Below the pieces are notes generated by a model. The model saw only the letters and a list, made by a program, of their open reading frames with translations. It did not search any database and had not been told where the DNA came from. From NCBI GenBank assembly GCA_002402995.1, contig DHGX01000001.1, positions 85,625 to 149,624 of the forward strand: DNA of 64,000 bases, in the 5' to 3' direction. The number at the start of each line of letters is the position of its first letter. Positions within the stretch are counted from its first letter, which is position 1. Positions 35,835-44,392 of this stretch are shown here, one piece after another. This DNA is from Patescibacteria group bacterium UBA4787. GTDB lineage: Bacteria; Patescibacteriota; Patescibacteriia; UBA2591; UBA4787. The position numbers were made by a program, and so were the translations under genes.

Positions 35835-35975
35835 CCCCGTAATACAACTTCGATGGGGCCGACGATAGTCGGCCCAGAACCCCCCCAGGAGAATTTTATT
35901 AGTTAGATTTATAAATATAAATAATATTTACCAAGATCCAAAAAATTATTAAAAATATCGAAGATGATATACGGG
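35835..35975 (+). mobile_element. Miniature inverted-repeat element, family B copy 2 (about 141 bp)
   Basis: Same termini as 31340-31588 (CCCCGTAATACAACTTCGATGGGGCCGAC...ATCGAAGATGATATACGGGG), lacking the nested module. Confidence 0.55.
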
Positions 35976-35977
35976 GT

Positions 35978-36427
35978 ATGTCAATTATTTATTTTAGGAT
36001 TAAAAGATGGTCTGCCATCTTATTAGTTCTTATTTTTTTTATTTTTGACCGCGCGCTAAAAGAAATTTATTTTTATTTCAACCATCATAAAAATTTATTT
36101 TATTTTTTTGATAGCGGATTATTTTTAAATAGAAATTTTGTTTTTGGAATGATCGAACCATCCTGTTTGATGATGATCGTCCTTGCTGTATTTTTTATTT
36201 TTTTAATTTGGCAGGCGATTAATTTTTGGCAGAAAAATTCTTGGGTTAACTTTTTTGCTTTTAGTTTAATTATCGCCGGAGCCTTCTCAAATATTTTGGA
36301 CAGATTTTTTTACGAAGCCGTGGTAGATTATTGGCAGATGCGGAATTTAAATATTTTTAATTTTTCCGATATAATGATTATCGGCGGTTTAATTATTTTT
36401 ATAATTAATTTTTTAAAGAAAAAATAA
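35978..36427 (+). CDS. lspA: Lipoprotein signal peptidase II
   Basis: LspA motifs (IIAGAFSNILDRFFYEAVVDY and FNFSDIMIIGG). The start is uncertain because the annotated ATG lies at the edge of the family-B element. Confidence 0.65.
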   Translation: MSIIYFRIKRWSAILLVLIFFIFDRALKEIYFYFNHHKNLFYFFDSGLFLNRNFVFGMIEPSCLMMIVLAVFFIFLIWQAINFWQKNSWVNFFAFSLIIAGAFSNILDRFFYEAVVDYWQMRNLNIFNFSDIMIIGGLIIFIINFLKKK

Positions 36428-36536
36428 GAGGTATTAAACCCTGTGTTATCTGCGCTCGCCCCGCCTTAACTCGCGTCGGCGAGGCAGCCGGGAAAAGAAA
36501 ATTCATTTGCTTTTCACTCACTCGCTTAATAATAAT
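36428..36536 (+). repeat. Intergenic repeat family 1 copy (AGGTATTAAACCCTGTGTT ... CACTCGCTTAATAATAA)
   Basis: Shares both end modules and the internal GAAAAG.AAAT.CATTTGCTTTTC palindrome with copies at 5157, 5821, 22471, 29714, 39861, 40434 and 58147. Confidence 0.6.
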
Positions 36537-36545
36537 CAAAATAAA

Positions 36546-38081
36546 ATGATTGCTAAACTTTTATCATCGGTTACCATTGGTTTGGATGCCAAAGCTGTAG
36601 AAATTGAAGTGGATGCCAGTCATGGCTTTCCGTGTTTTAATATTGTCGGCTTAGGCGACAAAGCCGTAGAGGAATCAAAAGAGCGGGTGCGATCCGCTAT
36701 TCATAATTCAGGATTTAAATTTCCTTCTCAAAAAAGATTGGTGATTAATCTGGCGCCAGCGGACATTAAAAAAGAAGGCACGATTTATGACTTGCCAATC
36801 GCGCTGGGCATTTTGATGGCTTCCGGACAGATTGACGAAAAATTATTGCCTAAAAATTCCATTTTCTTGGGAGAATTGGCTTTAAGCGGCGATTTGCGCC
36901 ATACGCGATCTGTTTTACCGATAATTCTTTTTGCTAAACAGCGTAAGATTAAGAACGTTTTTTTGCCCGAAGCCAATTTGAATGAAGCCCGGCTTGTTGA
37001 GGGCTTGAATGTTTATCCTCTAGAATCCCTTAATCATTTATTGGGTCATATTTCAAAAAGCCGATTAATCGAAGTGATCGAAAGCAAGGGGGCAGAAATT
37101 TCTCCGCGAACCGATTTTGAATTTGACTTCGCCTTTATCAAAGGACAAGAACATGTAAAACGAGCCATGGAGATTGCTGCCGCGGGTGGACATAATATTT
37201 TGATGACTGGCGCGCCAGGTTCCGGTAAAACTTTGTTGGCGCGCGCTATACCCTCCATTCTTCCGCTCTTGACCAAAGAAGAAATTCTAGAAATTACAAA
37301 AATTTACAGCATCTCCGGGTTATTGTCTGATGACCAGCCGCTAATTTTGGAGCGCCCGTTTCGCGCTCCGCATCATACGATTTCTGATGTAGCGATGGTG
37401 GGTGGCGGAACAAGTCCGCGTCCTGGTGAAGTGAGTTTGGCGCACCGCGGCGTTTTATTTCTGGACGAATTTCCTGAATTTTCTCGAGCCACGCTAGAAA
37501 GTTTGCGCCAGCCGTTAGAGGACGGTATAATCTCTGTTTCGCGCATTAAATTTAACATCAATTATCCGGCCAGATTTATTTTGGTCGCGGCTCAAAATCC
37601 TTGCCCCTGCGGTTATTTCGGCGATAAAAAGAAAAATTGCATTTGTTCTCCGGCGCAAATTATGCGTTATCGCCAAAAAATTTCCGGACCGCTACTGGAT
37701 CGCATTGATTTGCACGTGGAAGTGCCGCGCTTAGAATACAAAGAAATCGCCCAAGAAGCCGCGACAGAAGGTTCGGTCAGCGTTAGGGAAAGAGCGCAAA
37801 AAGCGCGCGATTTACAGCAAAATCGTTTTGATAAGCTTAATATTTTAACTAACGCGGAGATTAAAGCCGCGCAGATAGAGAAGTTTTGTTCTTTGAGCGC
37901 TGAAGCCAGGGAAATTTTGAAACGGGCGGTCGAAAGTTATGGTTTATCCGGTCGGGCTATTCATCGTTTGATGAAAGTTGGCCGCACTATTGCTGATTTG
38001 GCGCAAAGCGAAGAAATTTTGCCTCAACATTTGGCCGAAGCCATACAATATCGAGCCAAAACAGAAGAAAATAATCTCTAA
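36546..38081 (+). CDS. YifB/ComM-family Mg-chelatase-like AAA+ ATPase
   Basis: N-terminal Lon-like domain; Walker A GAPGSGKT; sensor and C-terminal ChlI-like segments (RAIHRLMKVGRTIADL). Confidence 0.85.
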   Translation: MIAKLLSSVTIGLDAKAVEIEVDASHGFPCFNIVGLGDKAVEESKERVRSAIHNSGFKFPSQKRLVINLAPADIKKEGTIYDLPIALGILMASGQIDEKLLPKNSIFLGELALSGDLRHTRSVLPIILFAKQRKIKNVFLPEANLNEARLVEGLNVYPLESLNHLLGHISKSRLIEVIESKGAEISPRTDFEFDFAFIKGQEHVKRAMEIAAAGGHNILMTGAPGSGKTLLARAIPSILPLLTKEEILEITKIYSISGLLSDDQPLILERPFRAPHHTISDVAMVGGGTSPRPGEVSLAHRGVLFLDEFPEFSRATLESLRQPLEDGIISVSRIKFNINYPARFILVAAQNPCPCGYFGDKKKNCICSPAQIMRYRQKISGPLLDRIDLHVEVPRLEYKEIAQEAATEGSVSVRERAQKARDLQQNRFDKLNILTNAEIKAAQIEKFCSLSAEAREILKRAVESYGLSGRAIHRLMKVGRTIADLAQSEEILPQHLAEAIQYRAKTEENNL

Positions 38082-38113
38082 TTCTATATTCTATATTCTA
38101 AATTCTAACTACT

Positions 38114-38695
38114 ATGATTCGAGAAGAAGCTTTAAAAATTTTAAACGAAAAAGTAAAAACGTCTAATTTAATAAAACATTGTTTAGCGGTGGAAGCCGTG
38201 ATGGTGGAATTGGCGAATTATTTTTCCACCCAAAGCGGATTCGTCACAGACGGAAAGGAAGACAGAGATAAATGGGCCTTGGCTGGTTTGTTGCACGATA
38301 TTGATTATGAAGAAACCAAGGATGAACCGGAACAGCATAGTTTGAAAGGCGCGCAATTTTTAGAATCATTGGGCCTAGAACCAGAAATCGTTTCCGCGGT
38401 GAAAAAACATAATAACGTCCACGGTTTGACGCGTGAAACAAAAATGGAAAAAGCTTTATTCTGCGCGGATCCCATCACAGGTTTGATCGTGGCCGCTACA
38501 TTAGTATTGACGGATAAGAAAATTAGCGTTTTAACCCCGGATAATGTTTTAAATCGTTTTAAGGAAAAGGGTTTTGCCAAAGGCGCGAATCGCGAACATA
38601 TTGCGGCTTGCAGTGAATTGGATTTAAACTTGGAGCAGTTTATCACTCTGTCGCTTTCAGCTATGCAAAAGATTTCCGGCGAAATTGGGTTGTAG
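38114..38695 (+). CDS. HD/HDIG-domain phosphohydrolase
   Basis: H...HD pair (KHCLAVEAV ... LLHDIDYE). Confidence 0.65.
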   Translation: MIREEALKILNEKVKTSNLIKHCLAVEAVMVELANYFSTQSGFVTDGKEDRDKWALAGLLHDIDYEETKDEPEQHSLKGAQFLESLGLEPEIVSAVKKHNNVHGLTRETKMEKALFCADPITGLIVAATLVLTDKKISVLTPDNVLNRFKEKGFAKGANREHIAACSELDLNLEQFITLSLSAMQKISGEIGL

Positions 38696-38732
38696 GCATA
38701 TATAATATCAAATAAATTTTAGAACTTAGGCT

Positions 38733-38760
38733 TGACAAAAGTCAAAAAATCCGCTACAAT
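38733..38760 (+). promoter_or_regulatory. Strong sigma70-like promoter (TTGACA, 16 nt spacer, TACAAT)
   Basis: cTTGACAaaagtcaaaaaatccgcTACAAT. It is followed by the leader hairpin CCTGTTGAATCTGTCGC/GCGACGGATTTTTAACAGG (38782-38822) and SD AAAGGAG. Confidence 0.6.
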
Positions 38761-38850
38761 CCAATTTAGATCATTAACATTCCTGTTGAATCTGTCGCAA
38801 AAAGCGACGGATTTTTAACAGGGTAAATAAAAACCAAAAGGAGAAAAACG

Positions 38851-39660
38851 ATGAGTAAAGTCATCGGCGCAGACGCGGCCAAATTGGCTGGTTTGCAGAT
38901 CGACACGCTCCAGAAAGCGCGTGACGGCCAGATCACCCTCGAACACTGGGAATGGTTTAATAAGTTAACGAAAACAGAGCGCGATCGGCTTTGCAGAGAC
39001 GGCCATGTCGATACCAGAAGTCAGGCCAGACAAACTATCGAAGCCGTAAATAAAGTGGTATCATCTGCCCAAGAAAGATGGGCCGCTTTTGATGACCTCT
39101 TCGATCGCCAGATTCAAACCCTGCGCGACCGGGGCTGTCCCAGCCAGGTATTGGCCATGCTCATCAGTCAGAAACCCCAGGTGCTGGCCAAAGCTTCGAC
39201 CATGACCTTCAAGGAAGGTCGCATCCCGTTCCTGTCAATCATCCCGTTCTCTGCACTCAATCTCTCGACCCAGATGTCCATGGTCAGAAATGGAAACCAG
39301 TCCGGCATCAGCTGTCTCGACACCAACGAGATCAAGGACATCGTCTCCACGCCTGTCCAGCCCTATTTCATCTTTGACGTGGAAGACGGCGAAGGCATGT
39401 TGGGCCGGTCCGTTCTGAAAGCCACTGAACTCATCAAGAGCCAGAACCGTTCCCCCTTAACCGCTGCCGAGGTCATCAGTCTCGGCATCCAGGCCAAGGC
39501 GCTGTCCAAGCGCTACGTGGACGCCGCTGGCTCCCGCTACAGGAACGACGACCGCGCCCCGTTTCTGTGCCTCGACGTCAGTCGGCCGGGACTCGGCTGG
39601 AACGGCGTCGACAGCTCGTTCAGCGAGTGTGGCTCGGCATCGTGCGGTAGTCGGTCCTAG
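38851..39660 (+). CDS. Hypothetical protein (GC-rich, probably horizontally acquired)
   Basis: 269-aa ORF with clearly higher GC than flanking genes, a good SD and its own terminator; no recognised domain. Confidence 0.5.
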   Translation: MSKVIGADAAKLAGLQIDTLQKARDGQITLEHWEWFNKLTKTERDRLCRDGHVDTRSQARQTIEAVNKVVSSAQERWAAFDDLFDRQIQTLRDRGCPSQVLAMLISQKPQVLAKASTMTFKEGRIPFLSIIPFSALNLSTQMSMVRNGNQSGISCLDTNEIKDIVSTPVQPYFIFDVEDGEGMLGRSVLKATELIKSQNRSPLTAAEVISLGIQAKALSKRYVDAAGSRYRNDDRAPFLCLDVSRPGLGWNGVDSSFSECGSASCGSRS

Positions 39661-39717
39661 GGTTTTGGAGCCTTGGGCCTTTCGGTCTTCTTGGTCTTTG
39701 GTTTTTTGGAAATTCAG

Positions 39718-39757
39718 AAAGCCCCAACACAAAAAAGTGTTGGGGCTTCTTTTTTTG
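39718..39757 (+). terminator. Rho-independent terminator
   Basis: gccccaacacaaaaaagtgttggggc followed by TTCTTTTTTT. Confidence 0.75.
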
Positions 39758-39793
39758 GCTTCGCCCCGCAGAGAAAATGAATATTTTCAGATA

Positions 39794-39860
39794 AGCCAAT
39801 CGACTGATTGGCTGATTCATTTTCTTCGGGGTTGACAAAAATATTTTATTTTGTTATTAT
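39794..39860 (+). promoter_or_regulatory. Palindromic operator-like site plus promoter
   Basis: AGCCAATCGACTGATTGGCT (39794-39813), a perfect 8-3-8 palindrome, lies 18 bp upstream of TTGACA (39832-39837), a 17-nt spacer and TATTAT. Confidence 0.5.
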
Positions 39861-39950
39861 TTTATTATCAAGCGAGTGAGAGAAGAACAAATCTGTTTGT
39901 TCTTCCGAGCGAGCACGGATAACACAGGGTTAATACCCTTTATTTGCCTT
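39861..39950 (-). repeat. Intergenic repeat family 1 copy (reverse orientation)
   Basis: TTATTATCAAGCGAGTGAG ... AACACAGGGTTAATACCC. Confidence 0.6.
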
Positions 39951-39999
39951 TTTGTTCTTTGCAAAAACTAAAGCCATAAACCCAAAACAGGAGAAAGAG

Positions 40000-40422
40000 A
40001 TGGTGTTTAAAAGCTATCAACAAATCTTGAAAGCCAAAAGTTTTATTCAAAAAATGCGGCTTGAAACAAGATCCGCCTGTTTGCAATATCGCCGCGTTAT
40101 GAAAAAGAAGGCGATTAATGTCTTGTCCTCGCTCAACAACCTAGAGCGCGATTTAATAGCCCGTAGCCAGCACCTGATTCATCAGGAACAGAAATCTCTC
40201 GAACGCATTATCGGACAAACGACAAAAGACAGCGAGGCGCTCAAGAGTAAAAATTGTCCTGATTTCGCGGCTATAGAAAATCGACTGATTAGTCAGGTCG
40301 GTGAATTAACAGTTAAGACCAAGGAACAGCTGTTGCCCATCCAGCGACAAATCGAGGAAATCGAAAGCCTTAAAAGGCAAATCGGGTTTTTAACCGGATT
40401 GAAAAGAATGCGACGCGCTTAA
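40000..40422 (+). CDS. Hypothetical coiled-coil protein
   Basis: Start at MVFKSY with SD ACAGGAGAAAGAG; helical heptad-rich; no domain recognised. Confidence 0.35.
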   Translation: MVFKSYQQILKAKSFIQKMRLETRSACLQYRRVMKKKAINVLSSLNNLERDLIARSQHLIHQEQKSLERIIGQTTKDSEALKSKNCPDFAAIENRLISQVGELTVKTKEQLLPIQRQIEEIESLKRQIGFLTGLKRMRRA

Positions 40423-40433
40423 TCAGCGCGTTT

Positions 40434-40632
40434 TATTATCAAGCGAGCGAGAGAAACGAGAAACGAAGTTTTTTATTTCCGACCACGCCCGACTTCGCCT
40501 TGAGTGATTTTTAAAAACAGTCTTTCTAAACTAATATTTGCGGGGGGGTTCGGTACTTCGCTATTACTGCGCGGAACGGCGAACTCAAGGCGGGCGGGGC
40601 GAGCGCAGATAACACAGGGTTAATATCCTTTA
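40434..40632 (-). repeat. Intergenic repeat family 1 copy (long variant, reverse orientation)
   Basis: TTATTATCAAGCGAGCGAG ... GGCGGGCGGGGCGAGCGCAGATAACACAGGGTTAATATCC. The GC-rich core matches the 36440-36480 copy in reverse complement. Confidence 0.6.
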
Positions 40633-40782
40633 TGCCGCGTCAGAATTTATATTTTGGCGCGGTTTTCATTTAAATTAAATCAGTCCTGGTTTGCGAGATT
40701 TATAATCTTGTTTTTATCATTTAAATCGGCTAAAATATAAGTCTAAGATGTTCAGCTTATCTAACAGTGTAAATATGAATTT

Positions 40783-41034
40783 ATGCAAGATTTTTTGGTT
40801 CAATATTACAACTGGATTATCTTTTTGGTCGGTGTTTGGGTTTTGCCCTGGAAGGGTATGGCTTTATGGAAAGCGGCTCACCGCAACGAAAAGATTTGGT
40901 TCATCATTCTTTTAATTGTTAATACGGTTGGTTTGCTGGAAATTTTTTACATCTTTGTTTGGATTAAATTTTTGGCCAAAGAAGAAAGCGCCTGGCAAAG
41001 ATTTTGGCATAAGGTTTTTCCTAAGAAGTCATAA
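40783..41034 (+). CDS. Small membrane protein (two TM helices)
   Basis: ORF with two hydrophobic helices. Confidence 0.3.
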   Translation: MQDFLVQYYNWIIFLVGVWVLPWKGMALWKAAHRNEKIWFIILLIVNTVGLLEIFYIFVWIKFLAKEESAWQRFWHKVFPKKS

Positions 41035-41047
41035 AGCGACGAGTATG

Positions 41048-41186
41048 CCAGGTAGTGAAAATTCGATAGTGCTTTTCGCTTCAGCTTACTATCTGGTTCT
41101 ATCATCAATAAAATATTGATTTTTACTACTAGTGCATTTATATTAATAACTGCACTTTTAAGAAACATCGAATTTCTACTACCTGG
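41048..41186 (+). mobile_element. 139-bp miniature inverted-repeat element, family C copy 1
   Basis: The TIRs ATGCCAGGTAGTGAAAATTCGATAG ... CATCGAATTTCTACTACCTGGTAT nearly match the second copy at 46587-46725 (same 139 bp length). The element ends 1 nt before the ATG at 41188. Confidence 0.65.
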
Positions 41187-41187
41187 T

Positions 41188-42333
41188 ATGAAAACTTCGC
41201 GCCCCAAAATTTATAGTTTTTTCACCTCGAAACTTACGATCAGTGTTTTTTTTATTATCGTCGTTGTCCTTAATATTTTGGTGGCAGTGTCTATCCGTTA
41301 TTCGATTAAAGCGCAAAAATCAAGCGAAGGAGAAAATGAATTTCTTAAACGAAAAATTAATTTCGATCAACCTTTTTATGTTAAAGGAATTTATCTGTCT
41401 TCCTGGACCGCCAGCGAACCTGTTTTGTTAAATAGGCTAATTGATTTAGCAAAAAAGAATAAACTTAACGCTGTAATTATTGATTTAAAAGACTCGCACG
41501 GAATAGTGGCTTATGAAAGTTCGGTGGAAACGGTAAAAAATTTAAAAACCAGCGAACCGCGTATAAAAAATCTAAAGAGCATATTAGAGAATCTGCATAA
41601 AGAAAATTTATATGCTATCGCGCGTTTGTCGGTTTTTCAGGATCCGACTTTAGCTTCCAGTAATCCTTCGGTGGCTTTGAAAAACAAAAATACAGGAAAG
41701 ATTTGGGCCGATAATAAAGGCTTGTTTTGGGTTGATCCGGCCTCTTTAGAGGTTTGGGATTATAATATAGCTCTGGCGAAAGAAGCTTGGCTGATGGGTT
41801 TTGATGAAATTAATTTTGATTACATTCGTTTTCCCTCAGACGGCAATATTTCCAATATTAGTTATCCTATTTGGGATGGCCTGGCGCCCAAAGAGGAGAT
41901 TATTCGGCGTTTTGCCGAGTACCAAAATATCGTTCTAAGTCCGCTTAACATCACGCGTTCCGCAGATTTGTTTGGTTTAACCTTTTGGCGGGATGACGAC
42001 TTGAACATCGGGCAAAATTTATCGTTATTAATTCCTTATTTCAATTATATTTGCCCTATGGTTTATCCTTCTCATTTTCCGCCCGGATTTGAGAATTTCA
42101 CTAATCCGGCCGAACATCCTTACGAGATTGTTTTCCGCAGTTTAGCCAAAGCTAAGGAAAAATTTATTGGCCAAAACGCTTTGCCGAGACCGTGGCTACA
42201 GGCTTTTGATTTGGGCGCGGAATATGACTCGGCTAAATTAGCTAAACAAATTAAGGCTGTGGAAGACGGCAACGGTTACGGTTGGCTATTATGGAACGCC
42301 CAAAATAAATACAATGATATTTTACCCTATTAA
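41188..42333 (+). CDS. TIM-barrel glycoside-hydrolase-like protein (GHL/DUF4015-type), membrane anchored
   Basis: Start moved to MKTSRPKIY immediately after the family-C element. N-terminal TM anchor, then GIYLSSWTA...NAVIIDLKD...AIARLSVFQD...GFDEINFDYIRFP segments typical of the putative glycoside hydrolase TIM-barrel family. Confidence 0.5.
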   Translation: MKTSRPKIYSFFTSKLTISVFFIIVVVLNILVAVSIRYSIKAQKSSEGENEFLKRKINFDQPFYVKGIYLSSWTASEPVLLNRLIDLAKKNKLNAVIIDLKDSHGIVAYESSVETVKNLKTSEPRIKNLKSILENLHKENLYAIARLSVFQDPTLASSNPSVALKNKNTGKIWADNKGLFWVDPASLEVWDYNIALAKEAWLMGFDEINFDYIRFPSDGNISNISYPIWDGLAPKEEIIRRFAEYQNIVLSPLNITRSADLFGLTFWRDDDLNIGQNLSLLIPYFNYICPMVYPSHFPPGFENFTNPAEHPYEIVFRSLAKAKEKFIGQNALPRPWLQAFDLGAEYDSAKLAKQIKAVEDGNGYGWLLWNAQNKYNDILPY

Positions 42334-42349
42334 TTTTTAAACTGAATTT

Positions 42350-42697
42350 ATGTCTCAGCGAAGACAAGAACAACTTAACGAATTGATTCAGCAAGAATTG
42401 TCACAAATTATTTTGCGCGAAGTAGAAATGCCCGAGGACTCTCTTTCAACCATTACCAACGTGGAAGTGGATAAAGATTATTTAACCGCCAAGGTGTTTT
42501 TGAGTGTCTTCCCCTTTAAGTATAGTCAACGCGTTTTAGGTAAACTGAGGAAAAAAGCAGGTTATTTGCAGTTTTTACTTAATAGAAAATTGGGCATGCG
42601 CTTGGTGCCAAAAATATTTTTTGAGCTGGATCAAACAGAAGAAAAAGCTTCAGAAATAGAAGACCTGCTTAATAAAATTTCACACTCGCCATCTTAA
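42350..42697 (+). CDS. rbfA: Ribosome-binding factor A
   Basis: RbfA pattern (R.E.L...I...L...V.DP...ITNVEV..D...AKVFLSV); 115 aa. Confidence 0.75.
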   Translation: MSQRRQEQLNELIQQELSQIILREVEMPEDSLSTITNVEVDKDYLTAKVFLSVFPFKYSQRVLGKLRKKAGYLQFLLNRKLGMRLVPKIFFELDQTEEKASEIEDLLNKISHSPS

Positions 42698-42864
42698 GCG
42701 GAATTTATTTGAATTTGAGGCATTTTCGGGGCTCGCAACTTAAGAATTGAATATTTATAGTTTTCCGCATGGTGTTTTCTGATAGTTTTGTTAGTATGTT
42801 ATAGTATCGACCAGTCAAAAAGTCGAAGCGAATAATAAATAAAATAACAAAATAATAAAAATTT

Positions 42865-44298
42865 ATGCGCCAAAAATGTAAAAAACACTCTAAAAAGGCC
42901 TTTGTTCAGATTCCGATAATCATGCTTGTTGCTTCTGTGGCTGCCTTGGGAGCTCTTCTCGTGGCTCCGGCGATAGTTAAAGTCGGGAATACGCGCTTAG
43001 CGCAAGTTGATTTGACTCAAGTCGTCGCTCCTGCTAATAATACGGAGTCTATCTCACAGGCTCAATCCATGCAGCCGGAAAAATCAATAATAATGAATCA
43101 AGGCCAGTCCGTCCAAATAGATCAGCCAATAATGCAACCAGGCACAGAACAGACTAATAGGCCGGAGATGAATTTACAAGAAATGAGGTCAGACTTTGAT
43201 CAAGAAAAACCAATTGATCCACAAGAAATTAAAAGCGTAACGCAACAATTGAAAGACATGCAGAAGGAGATTAAAAATCTTTTAACTCAACTTAAGAGTT
43301 TGCCGAAACTCGTTGATGAAGCAGCCCAGTTAAATGAAGCCCTTAGCCAGATTAATACTTTCGAACAGAACTTGAAAGATTCCTCAGTTGACACTTCTCA
43401 GAGAGAGGTGATACAGGAATTTTACGATGCTCGTTTCTGGGATACCATCCATGAGGTCAGGAACAGTTTCGTCAATCCGCGGGAAATAAAAAATGTTTTG
43501 AAACAAGCATCCGACTTGAAACAACAGATCAAAACACTTGCTATACAGGCAAAAAAATTGGCTAATTTGAGCGACGAGGTAAGTAAATTAAACGAACTTT
43601 CCGTTACGTTGGATAAATTTAAACAGGACATCAATAACCCGCCGGAGGATATGACACAGAGAGATGTTTTGCAAGAATTTTACGATGCCAGATATTGGGA
43701 CGATATTAATTCCATAAGAATGAAAATCGAATTCCCGAAACAGGTTAAACAGTTTGAGAAAGAATTATTAAGTGTGGAAAAATTATTAAAAAATAAGACG
43801 TATCAGAAAATCGCCATATTGGATATAGCGTCAATTACGAATACGGTTGCGGGTATGCGAACCACAATAAATGACGCAAAAGCTAAATTTAATAGCGGCG
43901 AAGTAGAAGACGCGATGCAATCCTTGCAGGACATTTACGGTGATTACGGTCCGGGCGACATAAATTGTGTGCTCAATTCTTTCCGTGACATTAATACCAA
44001 TTTACCAAAAGTCAAAGACGTTGAAATAAAGGCTTCGTTGCAAGATGTCATCGATCCTATAATTGAAGCAGTGAAAGACGAAGATTATCGCGGGGCTTGT
44101 CAGGGAGTAAATGAAATTAGAAATGAACTTTCTAAGATTATGCAATCAGCTTCCAGGGTTAAGTCTACGCTCGACACGAAAACTAGGCAGAAATTGGATA
44201 ACTTACAGCAATTAATAGATAAAAAGTTTGGCGGACAAGACAATAATGCGCCTCAAGATCAGATGAAATCACAAGAAATGAAACCGCAAGAGCAATAA
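42865..44298 (+). CDS. Secreted repetitive hypothetical protein
   Basis: Signal-peptide/TM N-terminus, a Q/N-rich region and an internal duplicated module QR(E/D)V(I/L)QEFYDAR(F/Y)WD.I. Confidence 0.45.
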   Translation: MRQKCKKHSKKAFVQIPIIMLVASVAALGALLVAPAIVKVGNTRLAQVDLTQVVAPANNTESISQAQSMQPEKSIIMNQGQSVQIDQPIMQPGTEQTNRPEMNLQEMRSDFDQEKPIDPQEIKSVTQQLKDMQKEIKNLLTQLKSLPKLVDEAAQLNEALSQINTFEQNLKDSSVDTSQREVIQEFYDARFWDTIHEVRNSFVNPREIKNVLKQASDLKQQIKTLAIQAKKLANLSDEVSKLNELSVTLDKFKQDINNPPEDMTQRDVLQEFYDARYWDDINSIRMKIEFPKQVKQFEKELLSVEKLLKNKTYQKIAILDIASITNTVAGMRTTINDAKAKFNSGEVEDAMQSLQDIYGDYGPGDINCVLNSFRDINTNLPKVKDVEIKASLQDVIDPIIEAVKDEDYRGACQGVNEIRNELSKIMQSASRVKSTLDTKTRQKLDNLQQLIDKKFGGQDNNAPQDQMKSQEMKPQEQ

Positions 44299-44392
44299 AG
44301 ATGATTAAAAGATATCAAATCCCGGGCACTAAAAATGTCCGGGATTTGTTTTTTGTTGACCTTTTCTCCTTATTTTGTAGAATAAAACAATT

